Assembly: GCA_025201805.1 (NCBI GenBank)
Contig: MU619263.1
Coordinates: forward strand, 219,701 to 283,700
Source of the DNA: Parasitella parasitica NRRL 2501
Lineage: Eukaryota; Fungi; Mucoromycota
Length of the DNA: 64,000 nt
Direction of reading: 5' to 3'
Shown: piece by piece, positions 52,579-63,921 of the stretch
Layout of the letters: every line of letters begins with the position of its first letter
Position numbering within the stretch: the stretch's first letter is position 1
Notes under the pieces: model-generated
Told to the model about the DNA's origin: nothing
The model's database searches: none
Seen by the model: the letters and a program-made list of their open reading frames with translations, nothing else
Position numbers and translations under genes: made by a program

Positions 52579-52830
52579 CAGTCGTTCCAACGCCAAAGGG
52601 CGGTTTTTTAAAAAAAGTGCGGCTGATAAATTTTCCCAAAGGGTGGTTTTAATTTTTCCAAATGGCGGTTTTGATTCGTCCAATGGGCGGTTTGATTTTT
52701 CCCAAAGGGCACTTTTGTAATTTGTCTATTGCTTGTGTCGACTGAGGTGGCGATTCGTCTCTACTCAAAAAACTAACCGTTCCAAAAAAAAAAAAAAAAA
52801 AAAAACCGCCCTTTGGCGTTGGAACGACTG
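52579..52830. mobile_element. 252-bp Tc1/mariner(pogo)-type MITE
   Basis: 31-bp perfect TIR CAGTCGTTCCAACGCCAAAGGGCGGTTTTTT at both ends; TA duplication at 52577-78 and 52831-32; internal copies of CCAAAGGGCGGTTT; no coding capacity. Confidence 0.92.
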
Positions 52831-52913
52831 TATAGAGAGAAATGGTCTTAAATTGGCGGATAAGCACGAGAAGCATGTGCTATTTATTCAGTGTGATTTT
52901 GGCTGGAATCCGT

Positions 52914-53519
52914 CTATATACAATTACTGCTATATACATAAATCCCGTCAATCGCATCTGATACCACCATATTCAGTTCTGGTATCTCATTCAAATTGAA
53001 AACTAAGCTGATTATACGAGCCCCTTTCCTGTAATGATGCAGTAGCATATCTGCAAATTTGTCCGTGTGATCAGGTAAAAGAAACACAATCATCACTGTC
53101 CAATCCATATCATGAACAAGCTTGGGCAGATCTAGCAGGTCTCCTAGAATGAACGTCGTGGCACTGCTGTCATTGGGAATTACTTGATTCGCTAGTCTTT
53201 TCGATGTCTCTATCAGATCACTGTCAGACTCAATTCCCACTGCACGAGTTGCCTTGAATTCTGCTACCGCGGCTGTTACAAATCTCCCGTCTCCAGACCC
53301 TAGATCGACAACAACATCACCTGGCCCCACCTTGGCCATCCTTAAAGCTTTAAGCACACGCTTCGCTGATGTGGGGCAAAATGGCCCCAACGTGGTATCA
53401 ATTCCATCCAGATACACTGGAAAGGGACTCTCAAAACTTTCATCTTGTATACGGTGATCTGCATCTTGGAAGATTTTCAAAAAATTACTATGGTACTCAC
53501 AGTCAAAGCTGTCTGTCAT
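52914..53519 (-). CDS. Class I SAM-dependent methyltransferase (FAM173-like)
   Basis: PFCPT..VVDLGSGDGRFV..AVGIE..GDL..GARIISLVF. Confidence 0.85.
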   Translation of the reverse strand: MTDSFDCEYHSNFLKIFQDADHRIQDESFESPFPVYLDGIDTTLGPFCPTSAKRVLKALRMAKVGPGDVVVDLGSGDGRFVTAAVAEFKATRAVGIESDSDLIETSKRLANQVIPNDSSATTFILGDLLDLPKLVHDMDWTVMIVFLLPDHTDKFADMLLHHYRKGARIISLVFNLNEIPELNMVVSDAIDGIYVYSSNCI

Positions 53520-53878
53520 TTTGTGGGAGAATTGGAAGAGAAAAACTTTTTTCTTTTTTTTTAAAAAGTTTTTTTGTTATTCAGCTACTTCCCAATCATA
53601 TTCAACAACTCCAAGAGGGATTGACATCGGTTGAAGATTTTACCGCTATCCTCTCTGTAATATAAGCACGATACAGACGAATGGTTTGCTCATCAGGGTA
53701 GTTAAATTCATGCCCATCAAAAGTTTTTTTTTTTTTTTAATTTCGCGTATAGGTATCACAGAACTGACTGCAGATACAAACTCTGTGCTGTAATTAACAG
53801 AGACTATTTTATTATTATTATCATTATTAGAGGAGAGTATGTAAATTGGGAGGTTTGCACAAGAATTAAAATGGTGGA

Positions 53879-56800
53879 CTAGTTTGGGGATAGACTTTCC
53901 AAATCGTAATCGGCTGTAAGGGCTTGATAGGCACCTCTTCTATTGCGTCTGAATCCAGAAACAAAGGTAGAGACCTTGGATATAAAGCCAAATTTCCTGC
54001 CAGTGTCAAAATCCTGGTCTTCTTGACACAGTGTAGGCTTACGCCAAAACCAACGTAGCATGAGACTACTCACAACAACACTGGTAGAGCTTGCTGCCAT
54101 AGCCATGCCTGCCATCATAGGGTGAAGATGTAGCCCAAATGGCATGAATAGTCCCATCGCTAAAGGAATACCAACGACATTGTACACACAGGCCCATAGT
54201 AGATTCAATTTGATACGTCTAAAGATAGTTCGTGAGAGAGCCAAAGCAGTGACAACATCTGTTAAATCATTGCGCATCAAAACCACGTCTGCTGCTTCCA
54301 TAGCAATGTCTGTACCACTGCACAAGGCAATGCCTAGATTAGACGCAACCAGGGCAGGAGAATCGTTAATGCCGTCACCAACCATAGCGACAATGGTAGG
54401 CTGCATATGCTGGTTCCATGGAATAAGTGAAGAAACAGGTCTCAGCTGTGCTTGCATGTCTTTGACGAGTTGTGTTTTTCCGCTTGGAGATATACCGGCA
54501 TGGACTTCAGCGATACCCAAGTGTTGAGCAATACACTGAGCGGTCAACGCGTTGTCACCAGTGACCACGGCGATATCAACGCCCATCTTTTTCAAAGTCG
54601 AAACAACCAATTTGGCTTCTGGCTTGATCACATCCGAGATAGATATGAATCCCATAGGTACGCCATCCAGAGCAACCAAAATGCTTGTGCGGCCTTGTTT
54701 GGATTCCTTCTCCACAGCTTTGATTTGTTCTTCAACCAAGGCAATATCATGGAAATCTTGCAGCCACTTTTGATTGCCAATGACAATGTGGTGTTGTTTC
54801 TCTTCTTTTTTAAAGGCTATATCGCATTCAATGCCATAGCCAGTTTCACTCCTAAAGTTCAGCACGCTTCCTAAATGATCCAGCGACGAATCCGCCGGTG
54901 ATGATGTAACTTCCTTTGCCTTGGTGACTACAGCACGACCAAGAAGATGCTCACTACGAGCTTCTGCAATTGCAGTCATGACCAGCATGTTCTTTTTGGT
55001 GGTTTCGCGTCCGTCCCAGCTTTGATAGTCGACAACTTGCACTTTGCCTGTGGTCAGCGTACCAGTTTTATCAAAGACCACCTTGTTTACTTTTTGTCCA
55101 TTTTCCAGAACAGCCCCACCTTTGAAAATGACACCGTGCTCAGCGGCTAAACCAGTGCCCACCATGACAGCTGTAGGTGTTGCTAAACCCAAGGCACAAG
55201 GGCAAGCGACAATCACTACACTGATGCACAGCTTTAAACACACAAAGAACCAATCGCCGTTGCCTTCCTTGTTGATTTCATGCTGCAATAACGAGGGCAT
55301 ACGTTCGATACCAAAACAACCGACCAAAACAGACCAGACAACCAAAGTAGATAGGCCAAGACATATTACGACAGGCACAAAAACGCCAGCAACTTTATCT
55401 GTAAAGCCTTGAATGGGGGCTTTGTTGACTTGAGCATCTTCAACTAAGCGTACAATCTGACTAAGTGCGGTATCGGATCCCACACGAGTAGCACGCATAA
55501 TAAATGTGCCTAATCCATTGACAGTACCACCGATGACAGCATCACCTGTGCGCTTGTTCACTGCATCGACTTCACCTGTAATCATGCTTTCGTCAACAGA
55601 GGATTCGCCCGAGAACAACACACCATCGGTGGGTATCTTGTCGCCAGGGACAATCTTGAGGTAGTCGTTGACCTGAATCAACTCGGAGGGAATCTTCTTT
55701 TCAGACTTTACAACGCTTTTCTCGTCGCTAGTGTCTGCCAATTCCACAATCATTGCTGTAGAAGGCGCCAGCGACATGAGTTTGGAGAGCGCTGAAGAAG
55801 ATTGTCCCTTTGCCATATTCTCCAAATATCTGCCAGCCATGATAAATGTAATCAGGGTAGCTGAGGTGTCAAAAAAGACCGAGGGCCTGGTCCCTGAAGC
55901 TATCAGCACACCTCGAAGCATGGATAACAACGAGAAAAAGTAGGCCGACAAGGTAGACAATGCAACAAGTACATCCATGGTAGGTGCACGGTGTCGAACG
56001 GACTGGTAGGCCGAGACCAGGAATCTTTTACCAATGACGAACTGGACAGGAGTGGCCAAAAGCCACTGGACCAAATCAAACAGGAATAAACCAGGTACAA
56101 CATGAGATGGAGTGTCCAGTAGACTACGACCCCAGCCAAACTCGGGCAACACCATGGCAATAACAAACACAGGAAAAGCAAATACAAAACTTTGAAGGAA
56201 GGCTCGTCGCCACTGCTTGATCTCACGGACTTTTGACAGGCTTTCCAGCTGTATATTTCTCGTCTTGTCGGATACAGTTGCATTAAACCCAAGCTCCTCT
56301 ATAGCCTCTACAATTTGACGGGGCCCGATTGCAGCTTGGCTGTATGTAACCATGCCAGTTTCGGTCATTAGATTTACAGATACTGTTTCCACACCATCCA
56401 ATTTGCTGATTTCTCGTTCAATTGCACCCACACAACTTGCGCAGGTCATCCCATAAATTTGTAGCTGCAGTTTCTGGTATGGTTGACCACTGGAAGAAAC
56501 GTCGTCTGCAGTCAAGCTAGCATCAAACCCCATATCCTCAATGCGCCGAATTATTTCGTCTGTATCGATGATAGATGGTGTGTATGTAATCGTTGCTGAC
56601 TCTGCTAATAATGAGACCTGGACTGCAATGATGCCTTGCTCGACTAGTAAACCCCGCTCAATGCTATTGACACATGAAGCACAGGTCATTCCGGTAATTC
56701 TCAGCTGCGCAGTAACCGCAACAGGATCGATCGTCGCAGCCTTACTCATGTCGACTTTGGTATGCATAATAGGCGCTGCAGCAAGTGAATTATTGCTGTC

Positions 56801-57271
56801 GTCGTTTTTGCCATTGTGCATATCGGAATTATCAGCCACGTCAAACCCACATTCCTCAATAACGTCCATAATAATCTGCGGTGTTGTCATACTAGGCTGA
56901 TAAATGACGGTGGCCAACGCATCCTCTAGATTGACATCAATAGACTCTATTCCATCCAAATGAGCACAAGCTTTAGTTATGGATTTCACGCACGATTGAC
57001 AAGTCATTCCTTGAACGCATAAAACAATTTTTTGGGTGGAAACAGCTGGTAAAGGGACCTCAAAACCACAATCTTCAATGGCTTCTATGATTGTGCTTAG
57101 TGATACTGCTGTTTTATCGAAAACTACAGTTGCATTGTTGCTCTCCAAATCAACGTGGACAGTATCTGCAAGTGGTAATAAGACTTTTGTGATGGCATTC
57201 ACACATGAATGACAAGTCATGCCTTGTACAGGAATAACTGCAGTTGTTAGCGGCACAGTTAAACTGCTCAT
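53879..57271 (-). CDS. CCC2: P1B-1 copper-transporting ATPase, intronless
   Basis: Four MTCxSC HMA domains, [35 protein letters not shown] and MAASS Cu(I) ligands. Confidence 0.96.
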   Translation of the reverse strand: MSSLTVPLTTAVIPVQGMTCHSCVNAITKVLLPLADTVHVDLESNNATVVFDKTAVSLSTIIEAIEDCGFEVPLPAVSTQKIVLCVQGMTCQSCVKSITKACAHLDGIESIDVNLEDALATVIYQPSMTTPQIIMDVIEECGFDVADNSDMHNGKNDDSNNSLAAAPIMHTKVDMSKAATIDPVAVTAQLRITGMTCASCVNSIERGLLVEQGIIAVQVSLLAESATITYTPSIIDTDEIIRRIEDMGFDASLTADDVSSSGQPYQKLQLQIYGMTCASCVGAIEREISKLDGVETVSVNLMTETGMVTYSQAAIGPRQIVEAIEELGFNATVSDKTRNIQLESLSKVREIKQWRRAFLQSFVFAFPVFVIAMVLPEFGWGRSLLDTPSHVVPGLFLFDLVQWLLATPVQFVIGKRFLVSAYQSVRHRAPTMDVLVALSTLSAYFFSLLSMLRGVLIASGTRPSVFFDTSATLITFIMAGRYLENMAKGQSSSALSKLMSLAPSTAMIVELADTSDEKSVVKSEKKIPSELIQVNDYLKIVPGDKIPTDGVLFSGESSVDESMITGEVDAVNKRTGDAVIGGTVNGLGTFIMRATRVGSDTALSQIVRLVEDAQVNKAPIQGFTDKVAGVFVPVVICLGLSTLVVWSVLVGCFGIERMPSLLQHEINKEGNGDWFFVCLKLCISVVIVACPCALGLATPTAVMVGTGLAAEHGVIFKGGAVLENGQKVNKVVFDKTGTLTTGKVQVVDYQSWDGRETTKKNMLVMTAIAEARSEHLLGRAVVTKAKEVTSSPADSSLDHLGSVLNFRSETGYGIECDIAFKKEEKQHHIVIGNQKWLQDFHDIALVEEQIKAVEKESKQGRTSILVALDGVPMGFISISDVIKPEAKLVVSTLKKMGVDIAVVTGDNALTAQCIAQHLGIAEVHAGISPSGKTQLVKDMQAQLRPVSSLIPWNQHMQPTIVAMVGDGINDSPALVASNLGIALCSGTDIAMEAADVVLMRNDLTDVVTALALSRTIFRRIKLNLLWACVYNVVGIPLAMGLFMPFGLHLHPMMAGMAMAASSTSVVVSSLMLRWFWRKPTLCQEDQDFDTGRKFGFISKVSTFVSGFRRNRRGAYQALTADYDLESLSPN

Positions 57272-58237
57272 AAATAATTAATAAATAAGATAGAAAAGAA
57301 GGTAAACGAGAAAGAGAAGGAAAAAGATAATGGGAAATGTAAAATTATCCTAAATAAGTCGTACAAGTAGGGTGCAGCCCAACCAAAAGCCAAAAGAGGC
57401 GGTATTTATGATTTACCGAGCCTGGGCTGTCGTAACATTGCCTATTAATAGCTGCTCATTTTTTTCCCGGAAGTATGCCTGTATCCACCTTCAAGCCTGC
57501 TGTTTCCAAGTCTACCTTTAATGTTTTGATTTCTCAAATTTTATTTTTATTTTATTTTTTGAAATAATAACCAAAGTATAGATTAACAAACAATGAACAC
57601 AATGGGGCCATAGGTTGAACAGCCGAAACAGAATTTTTTTATTTAGAAACTTGCACCTTCAATTTAGTTTGCTCAAAGATTCTTAGATACCCAACAATGG
57701 GACTCGGATACACAAGTCATTTCAGAAAGTTAAAGTCGTCGATTTCAAATTACATTTGATTAGAATCCTTCTGCTGTTGAACCGAAAATTGAAGTGGTAG
57801 AAAGTTTAACACAAAATTTTGCGGATCTTAAATGTTTCTCGTAGCACTACAACTTTATGACAACCGAGTGCAATCCATCTATTAAGCAGGCACAATTCAA
57901 TGCTCAACGCAACACAATCCAAGTTGACGCGACCCAATGCAACTCAACGCTCAACTCAAACAATTGGTTGAGATTATCGGCAAGTTGAAATAAATTGAAG
58001 CACTTACACTCCCTTAGTTTGGATCTGAAATCCGTACCTAAAAATGGCCCTGAAGATCGACCCAATGTTGGTGACAAAAGGAATAGTTGTATTTCAAAAA
58101 CAGTGGCAAACTAAAGATGCCTTTTTACAATCTTCATCAACCTTGCTCTGTTTTATTGGATTCGTTACTCGCAGTTGTATTTCTTCAAATGGCAAGACCG
58201 CTTGCGATCCTGTAAAGTTGAAAAGATGCTATCGAAA

Positions 58238-59220
58238 TTAGACATAGAGACATTTGGAGGGTGTCGCGAGGGTTGCAAGGGGATGAAGTGGCAGATGCAG
58301 AAGTCGATGGAAGACATCAAGGACAAGCAAACCAAGCGGCGTATCCACCAGCAGTTTGCGTAAATCACACAAACTACTCGGTAGCTGAAGAGTCCCTAAT
58401 TCATACGGGTCATAAAAGCCTTCGGGTGGCAACACCAAGAGATAGAAGGTAATGGATCGTCCAATAATTTGCAAACCTAGAACACTCTCCAAGTTTTGTG
58501 CACCGAGGGCATTCTTGCAAAATATCGCCACTCGGATCAGATCCTTCGACAATAAAAAGCTGTTTGCTTCATGGTACAGTATTCATGGTTGGTCGACCAT
58601 TTTGCACCTTTCAAGCTTGATATAGTAATATTGGGACGACATTTCCACAAGGTTTCGTTTTTTTCGTGCTTCGAATGTTATGTCGTTTGTCTGCTATCGA
58701 GGAAATACCCCTTCTTCAGGATCAAGAAATCGCTTGGCTGCGGTTGATTGCTTCGATGTTGAGTTCCTGTGTAATGCTGGCCATATTGATTACCGTTTTA
58801 ATTTGCATACGAGGCAAATTCAATTCACACATGGATTTAATTTTGTTGATGGTCGCAATGAGGCTGGCTTTGCAGAAATACGGTGATAATTTGTTTAGAT
58901 ACCTATTTGGGGATAACAGCAAAATTTGAATTGATCGCCATAGCACGGTGTATATGATCTTTAATGAAGACCTTCTATTTTGTCGTAAAGTCGAACACTG
59001 GAATTCGTAAATCGCGTTTGTCACATCAAACTGTTGAGCGACAAAATGATCACCATTGTAGTGTCTACAACCTCAAAGGTTGTTCCCAACTAAGAACATA
59101 CTGGAACATCGTAGAATGGCGTAGCAATGTTCTGGCTCCCAATCCTATAGAGGATATCAGCATGAAGGTTTCTAGTATATTCATGCCGATATCACTTGGT
59201 ACTTTATCATTTATAATCAT
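58238..59220 (-). pseudogene. Decayed copy of a Mucorales multicopy hypothetical (nuclease-like, TE-associated) gene
   Basis: Broken frames FDVTNAIYEFQ.. and KDLIRVAIFCKNAL..VLGLQIIGRSITFYLLVLP..YELGTLQLP; several stops and frameshifts; family recognised from memory only. Confidence 0.5.
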
Positions 59221-59425
59221 AAGTTAACTATGCATCTTAAATCAATATGAATAGCAATAGTTTTTCAATACAGTAAACCTCAATCTTTATTTAATAAACA
59301 CGTTATCATAGACATTACAATCATGGCCCACAGGTGGAAAAGACAACTCTTTTGGATCCAACAGCTCCATCTCCAGATAGCGATTTTCAGCTCTTGTGCT
59401 CGAGCGCCGCGTCTTACGACGAATT

Positions 59426-61943
59426 CCTTATTTCCTCCTAAAATAAGACGAGCTTGAATTCGTCAGTGGATGACGTTTATCTTTTGCAACAAATGCATTT
59501 TATTTTTATTTAATAGCTTATCTTCGTTGGGTGGTAAGATTACTGTGTGTAGCTGTATCAGTAATGGTAGGAAGTACGCCTCTTAACATATTTGTAGCTG
59601 TTTCTAATTGCCGGATTTGATCTTCATTTAAGTTTATGTTGTTGTCAAATTTCAAAGTATTTATAAGAGATGAGATGTTGGCTATACAGCCATCTATTCT
59701 GCTATCAGCAGTCTGGGGAGGCAAAGGATTGATAACAGCGGTATCACGTGGTGTTCTTTGCACAGTAGGTATAAGGATTGGTACTATTAGAACACATTAG
59801 CTCGCTAATCTTTGGGGTTTTGACTATAGAATATTACATTCATATACCATGAGGTCTCTACGCCAACGTTTCAACAAATACATATGCTTGCAAGCTGTTT
59901 GATTCCATTGAAAGTCTTGACAAGCGCATGATCGCATTTCTTCATTTTGTACAATGATTTCATAGTGAACATCTTCTGTTGTGAAAGACTGGATAGCAAA
60001 TTTGAGAGTTTCGCTGTCGTTGAGCAACTCTACAACCATAAACTGAAGAATCGCGACATTGATTGCTTCAGCCGCCATTTCTCTTTGTCGACGCCTTGTA
60101 TCTTGGGGTCCCATCCTTCCTATATTTAAGCGAATTCTATCAGTATTCTGGATAAAATCCGGTTCATTATCATTGACAAGGATGTAAACTAAGCGGTCAA
60201 TACGTCTGTTACGCTTTCTTCCAAGATATAATGTTTTTAGTTGTTTATGCCAACTTTCAACGAAGTTATTAGTCTCCATATTTGTGAACATTTGCGGCTG
60301 ATATGCAGCACACCAGTGCTGATACTTCCCTTGCGCAAAGTAGTAGGTGTCCATGTATATCAAGAATTCTGTGTATTGATGGAACATTACGAGAAAATTT
60401 GTCATTTTGAAGACAAATGCATCCGGGCTCTTTTCCCACATCATACTCTTCAACTGTGCAATTATTGCCCTGTGAACTTGTTGATTCTGAGCCGTGCTAC
60501 CCAGCTTAACGGTGTCTCGTATCTTTGTCATCCAAGCTCTTGCGACGTGAAACAAGCAACATTGGACACTAACTCCAGGAAATACTTCGTTATTGGCACC
60601 ATGCTCAGTAGCACTGACATCTATTGTAATCTTTTGTAAGTTTGGCACGGCAATTTGCTCTTTTACAAAACGTAAAAAGGCTGCTACTGGTTGCATAGAG
60701 TGATCAGTTGTGTACATATACGCAACAGGACATCCTGTACCAGTATACGGATGCCTAATCACAATACTATACAAGATACCTTGGCTAATACTTGTAACGC
60801 AGTGGGTTGCATCTAAGCAAATTGATATTGATGTGGACAATAATGCTTTTTGCCATGAAGATGCAAAGCCAAAGGTGTAATTAAAATTGAAATCAGTGCC
60901 CAGAAAGGTAACATATCCTTTTTGCGAAGATAATTCTTGTAGCCAAAGTTTTACAGACTCTTTCTGGTCTCTTGCTTTCTAATAAAATTTTTCTTGGATT
61001 TTTTTGTAGATGTTGTAAATCTCATCTGCATGAACCATTTGATCTCGATGAATCAGGGAAGAAGTCAAATTATCAAGGCCAGCCAGCACTTGATTCTCTG
61101 TAATAAACTTGTTACAATTCGTCTGGATGGCGATTCTTGTTTGCCTTTTGCTGAAGCCCTCCTTTAATCGTTGCTCGATTAGTTCTCTTGCTTCTTTCGA
61201 TAATGGCAAATGTTGTAAATCATTCAACCCTCCAACATCGTGATTATGTTCTCCAGTATAAATGAAGGTTGCATAACCAGGATTGTTCTTGTAACAGATT
61301 ACTTTGAGTTTAGCACTACAATTAATCTTTTTGCTTGGCTTTTGGAGATCACGAGCAACACCTGATGCACCCCCTTTGGTGATTGATCCTTCGGCCATCT
61401 TATTACGCTTTTCTCCAGCTCGATGGCATTCAAAGGTAGCATACCAGAAATAGAGACTAACTGCCTTTCTTTTTTTGTCAGGTCTTTCGCCATTGGCAAT
61501 TACAGTTTGTCTAGCCTTGATATTTTTTTTAATCCATTTCACGCCGTACAGTGAAACATTATTTTCCAATGTCGTCTCCCATTCTGATTCAGGAACGGTA
61601 AGCTCAGAAGGAATTGGGCGATATTGATGTGAAGTCATTTGTAAATTAATAAAGTAAATAAAAGGCATCAAATCTTTGGTAAACTTAAACAATGGAGCAC
61701 CAGCTTTAATGTTTATTATTAAATTTCTTTTTCAAGTACAATAGATCTTTTTTTTTACAATTTTTTTTTTGGAAGTAGTCTAAACCAGTTGAAAATGGTC
61801 AATATTGACTTAGAAACAAAATTTGCCGGGCGAAGGGGTGCTGGTTGGTGGGGACGCGGAAATCCTGCCCCCTAAGGCAACGAACTTTGATGGCATTGCC
61901 ACCAAAGTTTTCTAAACGCAGCTTATTTTAGGAGGAAATAAGG
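59426..61943 (-). mobile_element. Mutator-like (MULE) DNA transposon bounded by 22-bp inverted repeats
   Basis: CCTTATTTCCTCCTAAAATAAG (59426-59447) and its exact reverse complement (61922-61943) enclose the transposase; no TSD found. Confidence 0.75.
59518..61638 (-). pseudogene. MULE transposase (FAR1/WRKY-type Zn finger, DDE, SWIM) with one in-frame TAG
   Basis: FECHRAG..KINCSAKL..HNH; LDATH, ITIDVS, CLFH, TNNFVESWH; SWIM CACQDF..CKHM; TAG at 60979-81 with the frame continuing KARDQKESVKLWL; intron about 59784-59837 to the last exon. Confidence 0.88.
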
Positions 61944-61995
61944 CTGTGCAGCTTTTCAAAGTCGCTTTCCTACAAATGATATAGAAGAACTTGAC

Positions 61996-62826
61996 GTGCA
62001 GATGGAGGAGTTAGCCGAAGAACTGTCGCAGACCGAAGCTAGTGGCAAGAAGTACAATGCGTACTCTGACAGCCAGAAGTCAGTATTCTATTATTTTAAC
62101 AGAATCAAGCTCTGGAAGGCTGCCCCTTCGGGACGTAAAGCGAATATCGAGCCACGAACAGCACAGATCTGGGCGAAGAGACTCAGGGAAGATCCCAGCT
62201 GGAACATCTACGAGAAGCAGACTAACAAGGTTAACCGAAAGCCTTCTCAACTTCAGCAGGAGCACAAACAGCATCTTCTAGAGTTTTTCGATAACTACCC
62301 TCAAGCGACTAGGCAGAATGCCGTGGAAAGTCTCACTGAAGCATTTGAGGGCTTCAGTTTGAAGGAAACGGCTGTCGGCAATTTCATCCTTCATGAATGC
62401 AATTTGACCATGAAGCGAGTGACTTTACAACCTTTATCACGAAATAGCCCTGAAAACCTCGAAGTACGTTACAAGTGGACAAATGAATGGGCTATCAATT
62501 CGGATATGAATTACCTCGAGAACTGTGTTTTTGTGGATGAAGCTGGTTTCAATATCAACATGAGAAGCCCTTTTGCTCGTTCAATGAGAGGCGCACCAGC
62601 AATTGTGGAAACACCAACTACTCGTGTTATCACCCCCACTGTTTTAGGTGCAATAACAGCGAAGTCAGTTTCAGGACACTGAGGACTTGAAAACTAGAAT
62701 TACTGAAGCAGGCAGAATTGTTAGCAGAAAAGCTCTCCACAACATTGCCAATCACTCTTTCAATAACTTTCAAAAATGCCTCAATAAAGAGCCACTTTAG
62801 TAAAGTTTGAGATCAAGCACTGACTG
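61996..62826 (+). mobile_element. Internally deleted Tc1/IS630-family transposon
   Basis: HTH region and CVFVDEAGFN (first Asp) fused out of frame to the C-terminus QFQDTEDLKTRI..CLNKEPL-stop (62800); candidate end ..ACTG|TA at 62826. Confidence 0.8.
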
Positions 62827-62844
62827 TACTTTTTTCACTGACTT

Positions 62845-62979
62845 AAGCGAAAAATGAGCCCTTACCAAAACGAAATTTGGCCAATAAAAAAGCGAAGATT
62901 GGACTTTATAAAAACGAAAGTTGGTCGGAGACCAAAGCGAAATCAGCTCGTTGGAAAGCGAAAATTGGGAAGCACTGTA
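62845..62979. mobile_element. Orphan transposon end with subterminal AA(G/A)CGAA repeats
   Basis: About 6 spaced aagcgaa/aaacgaa motifs ending in CACTG|TA; partner end not seen. Confidence 0.45.
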
Positions 62980-63094
62980 CTTTCATTTCTTTCCTCATTT
63001 AAATTCTATTATACCCAGTCTCTTTCCTCCCTCATTATGACATTTAATTGACTTTAAATAAATGGAGTATAACTCCCTAAAAAAAAAAATATAA

Positions 63095-63385
63095 CTACTG
63101 AAGTTTATGAATGAACTTCTTGATATAGTACCATACAATTCACAAGTCTCATCCAATGATGGAGGAGATAGGAAGAAGTGGTTATAAAGTTATGTACAGT
63201 ATTTTCCTCCTTAATCGCCAGAACTAAACCCAATTGAACATTTTGGCTTTTGTAAAAGGGAAAATGAAGCGCCATAGATTGATGAATGAAAAGAATATAT
63301 GCAACGATGTGCGCTTTAGCGATCTCTAGAAATTCTGTAGGCACTCCAAACGCCAAATATTCAACTGTTATAACAGGACAAGCCT
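63095..63385 (+). pseudogene. Degenerate C-terminal fragment of a second Tc1/IS630 transposase
   Basis: FMNELLD..IHKSHPMMEEI..GYKVM..PP*SPELNPIE..VKGKMKRHRL..FCRHSKRQI with stops and frameshifts. Confidence 0.75.
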
Positions 63386-63580
63386 CTAGCTATCTTTTGT
63401 AACAAACATGTCAATTTTGGAAATATTATTGTAGTGCTGGACAACCATATGCTAACAGACCGCCAAGCGTTTTTTTATTTTATTTTATTTAAATGTTTTT
63501 ATTGATTGCTCCGTGTAAAGCACAGTAGTGAAGCTGGCTCAAGAGCCGGGCGCAAACAGCCAAGCATTTTCAATTTGGTG

Positions 63581-63871
63581 TTAGTAAAACTTCCAAGACC
63601 CGAACTTACCCAGTAGATGGTATTTGTTGTCTTCACCGACCCTCAAGATTGTACCACTACCTTCACAAAAATCATTTTTGTATAAATGGACATTGACGTC
63701 ACATTCATTTTTTGCTTCGATAAATGGCTTGGAGTCACGTAAGTTAAGTTTGTAGCATATGTCAATTCCTGTTTCAACCTGTGGAATGTCAAAAATACTC
63801 ATACAAGATTGAGCAGAGACAACAGAGACAGTAGTTAAAAGTAGAGTAACTGAGAAAGACTTGAGTACCAT
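63581..63871 (-). CDS. Small secreted Cys-containing protein (96 aa)
   Basis: Signal peptide MVLKSFSVTLLLTTVSVVSA; 4 Cys; TATA-like tatataaaag about 85 nt upstream. Confidence 0.7.
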   Translation of the reverse strand: MVLKSFSVTLLLTTVSVVSAQSCMSIFDIPQVETGIDICYKLNLRDSKPFIEAKNECDVNVHLYKNDFCEGSGTILRVGEDNKYHLLGKFGSWKFY

Positions 63872-63921
63872 TTGATTTGATTTGATTTGATTTGATTTGG
63901 TTTGGTTTGGTTTGATTTGGT
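63871..63921. repeat. (TTTGA/TTTGG)n pentanucleotide repeat abutting the start codon
   Basis: About 10 units directly 5' of the ATG. Confidence 0.9.

Noticed and set aside
57890-57990. CAAC/CTCAAC-rich short repeats resembling a transposon end or array
   Set aside because: Irregular, no partner end, no constant repeat-spacer period; not CRISPR-like
59269-59300. TA|CAGTAAACCTC, resembling a Tc1/pogo left end
   Set aside because: Does not match either candidate right end (62826, 62977), so nesting of the MULE in the Tc1 is not demonstrated
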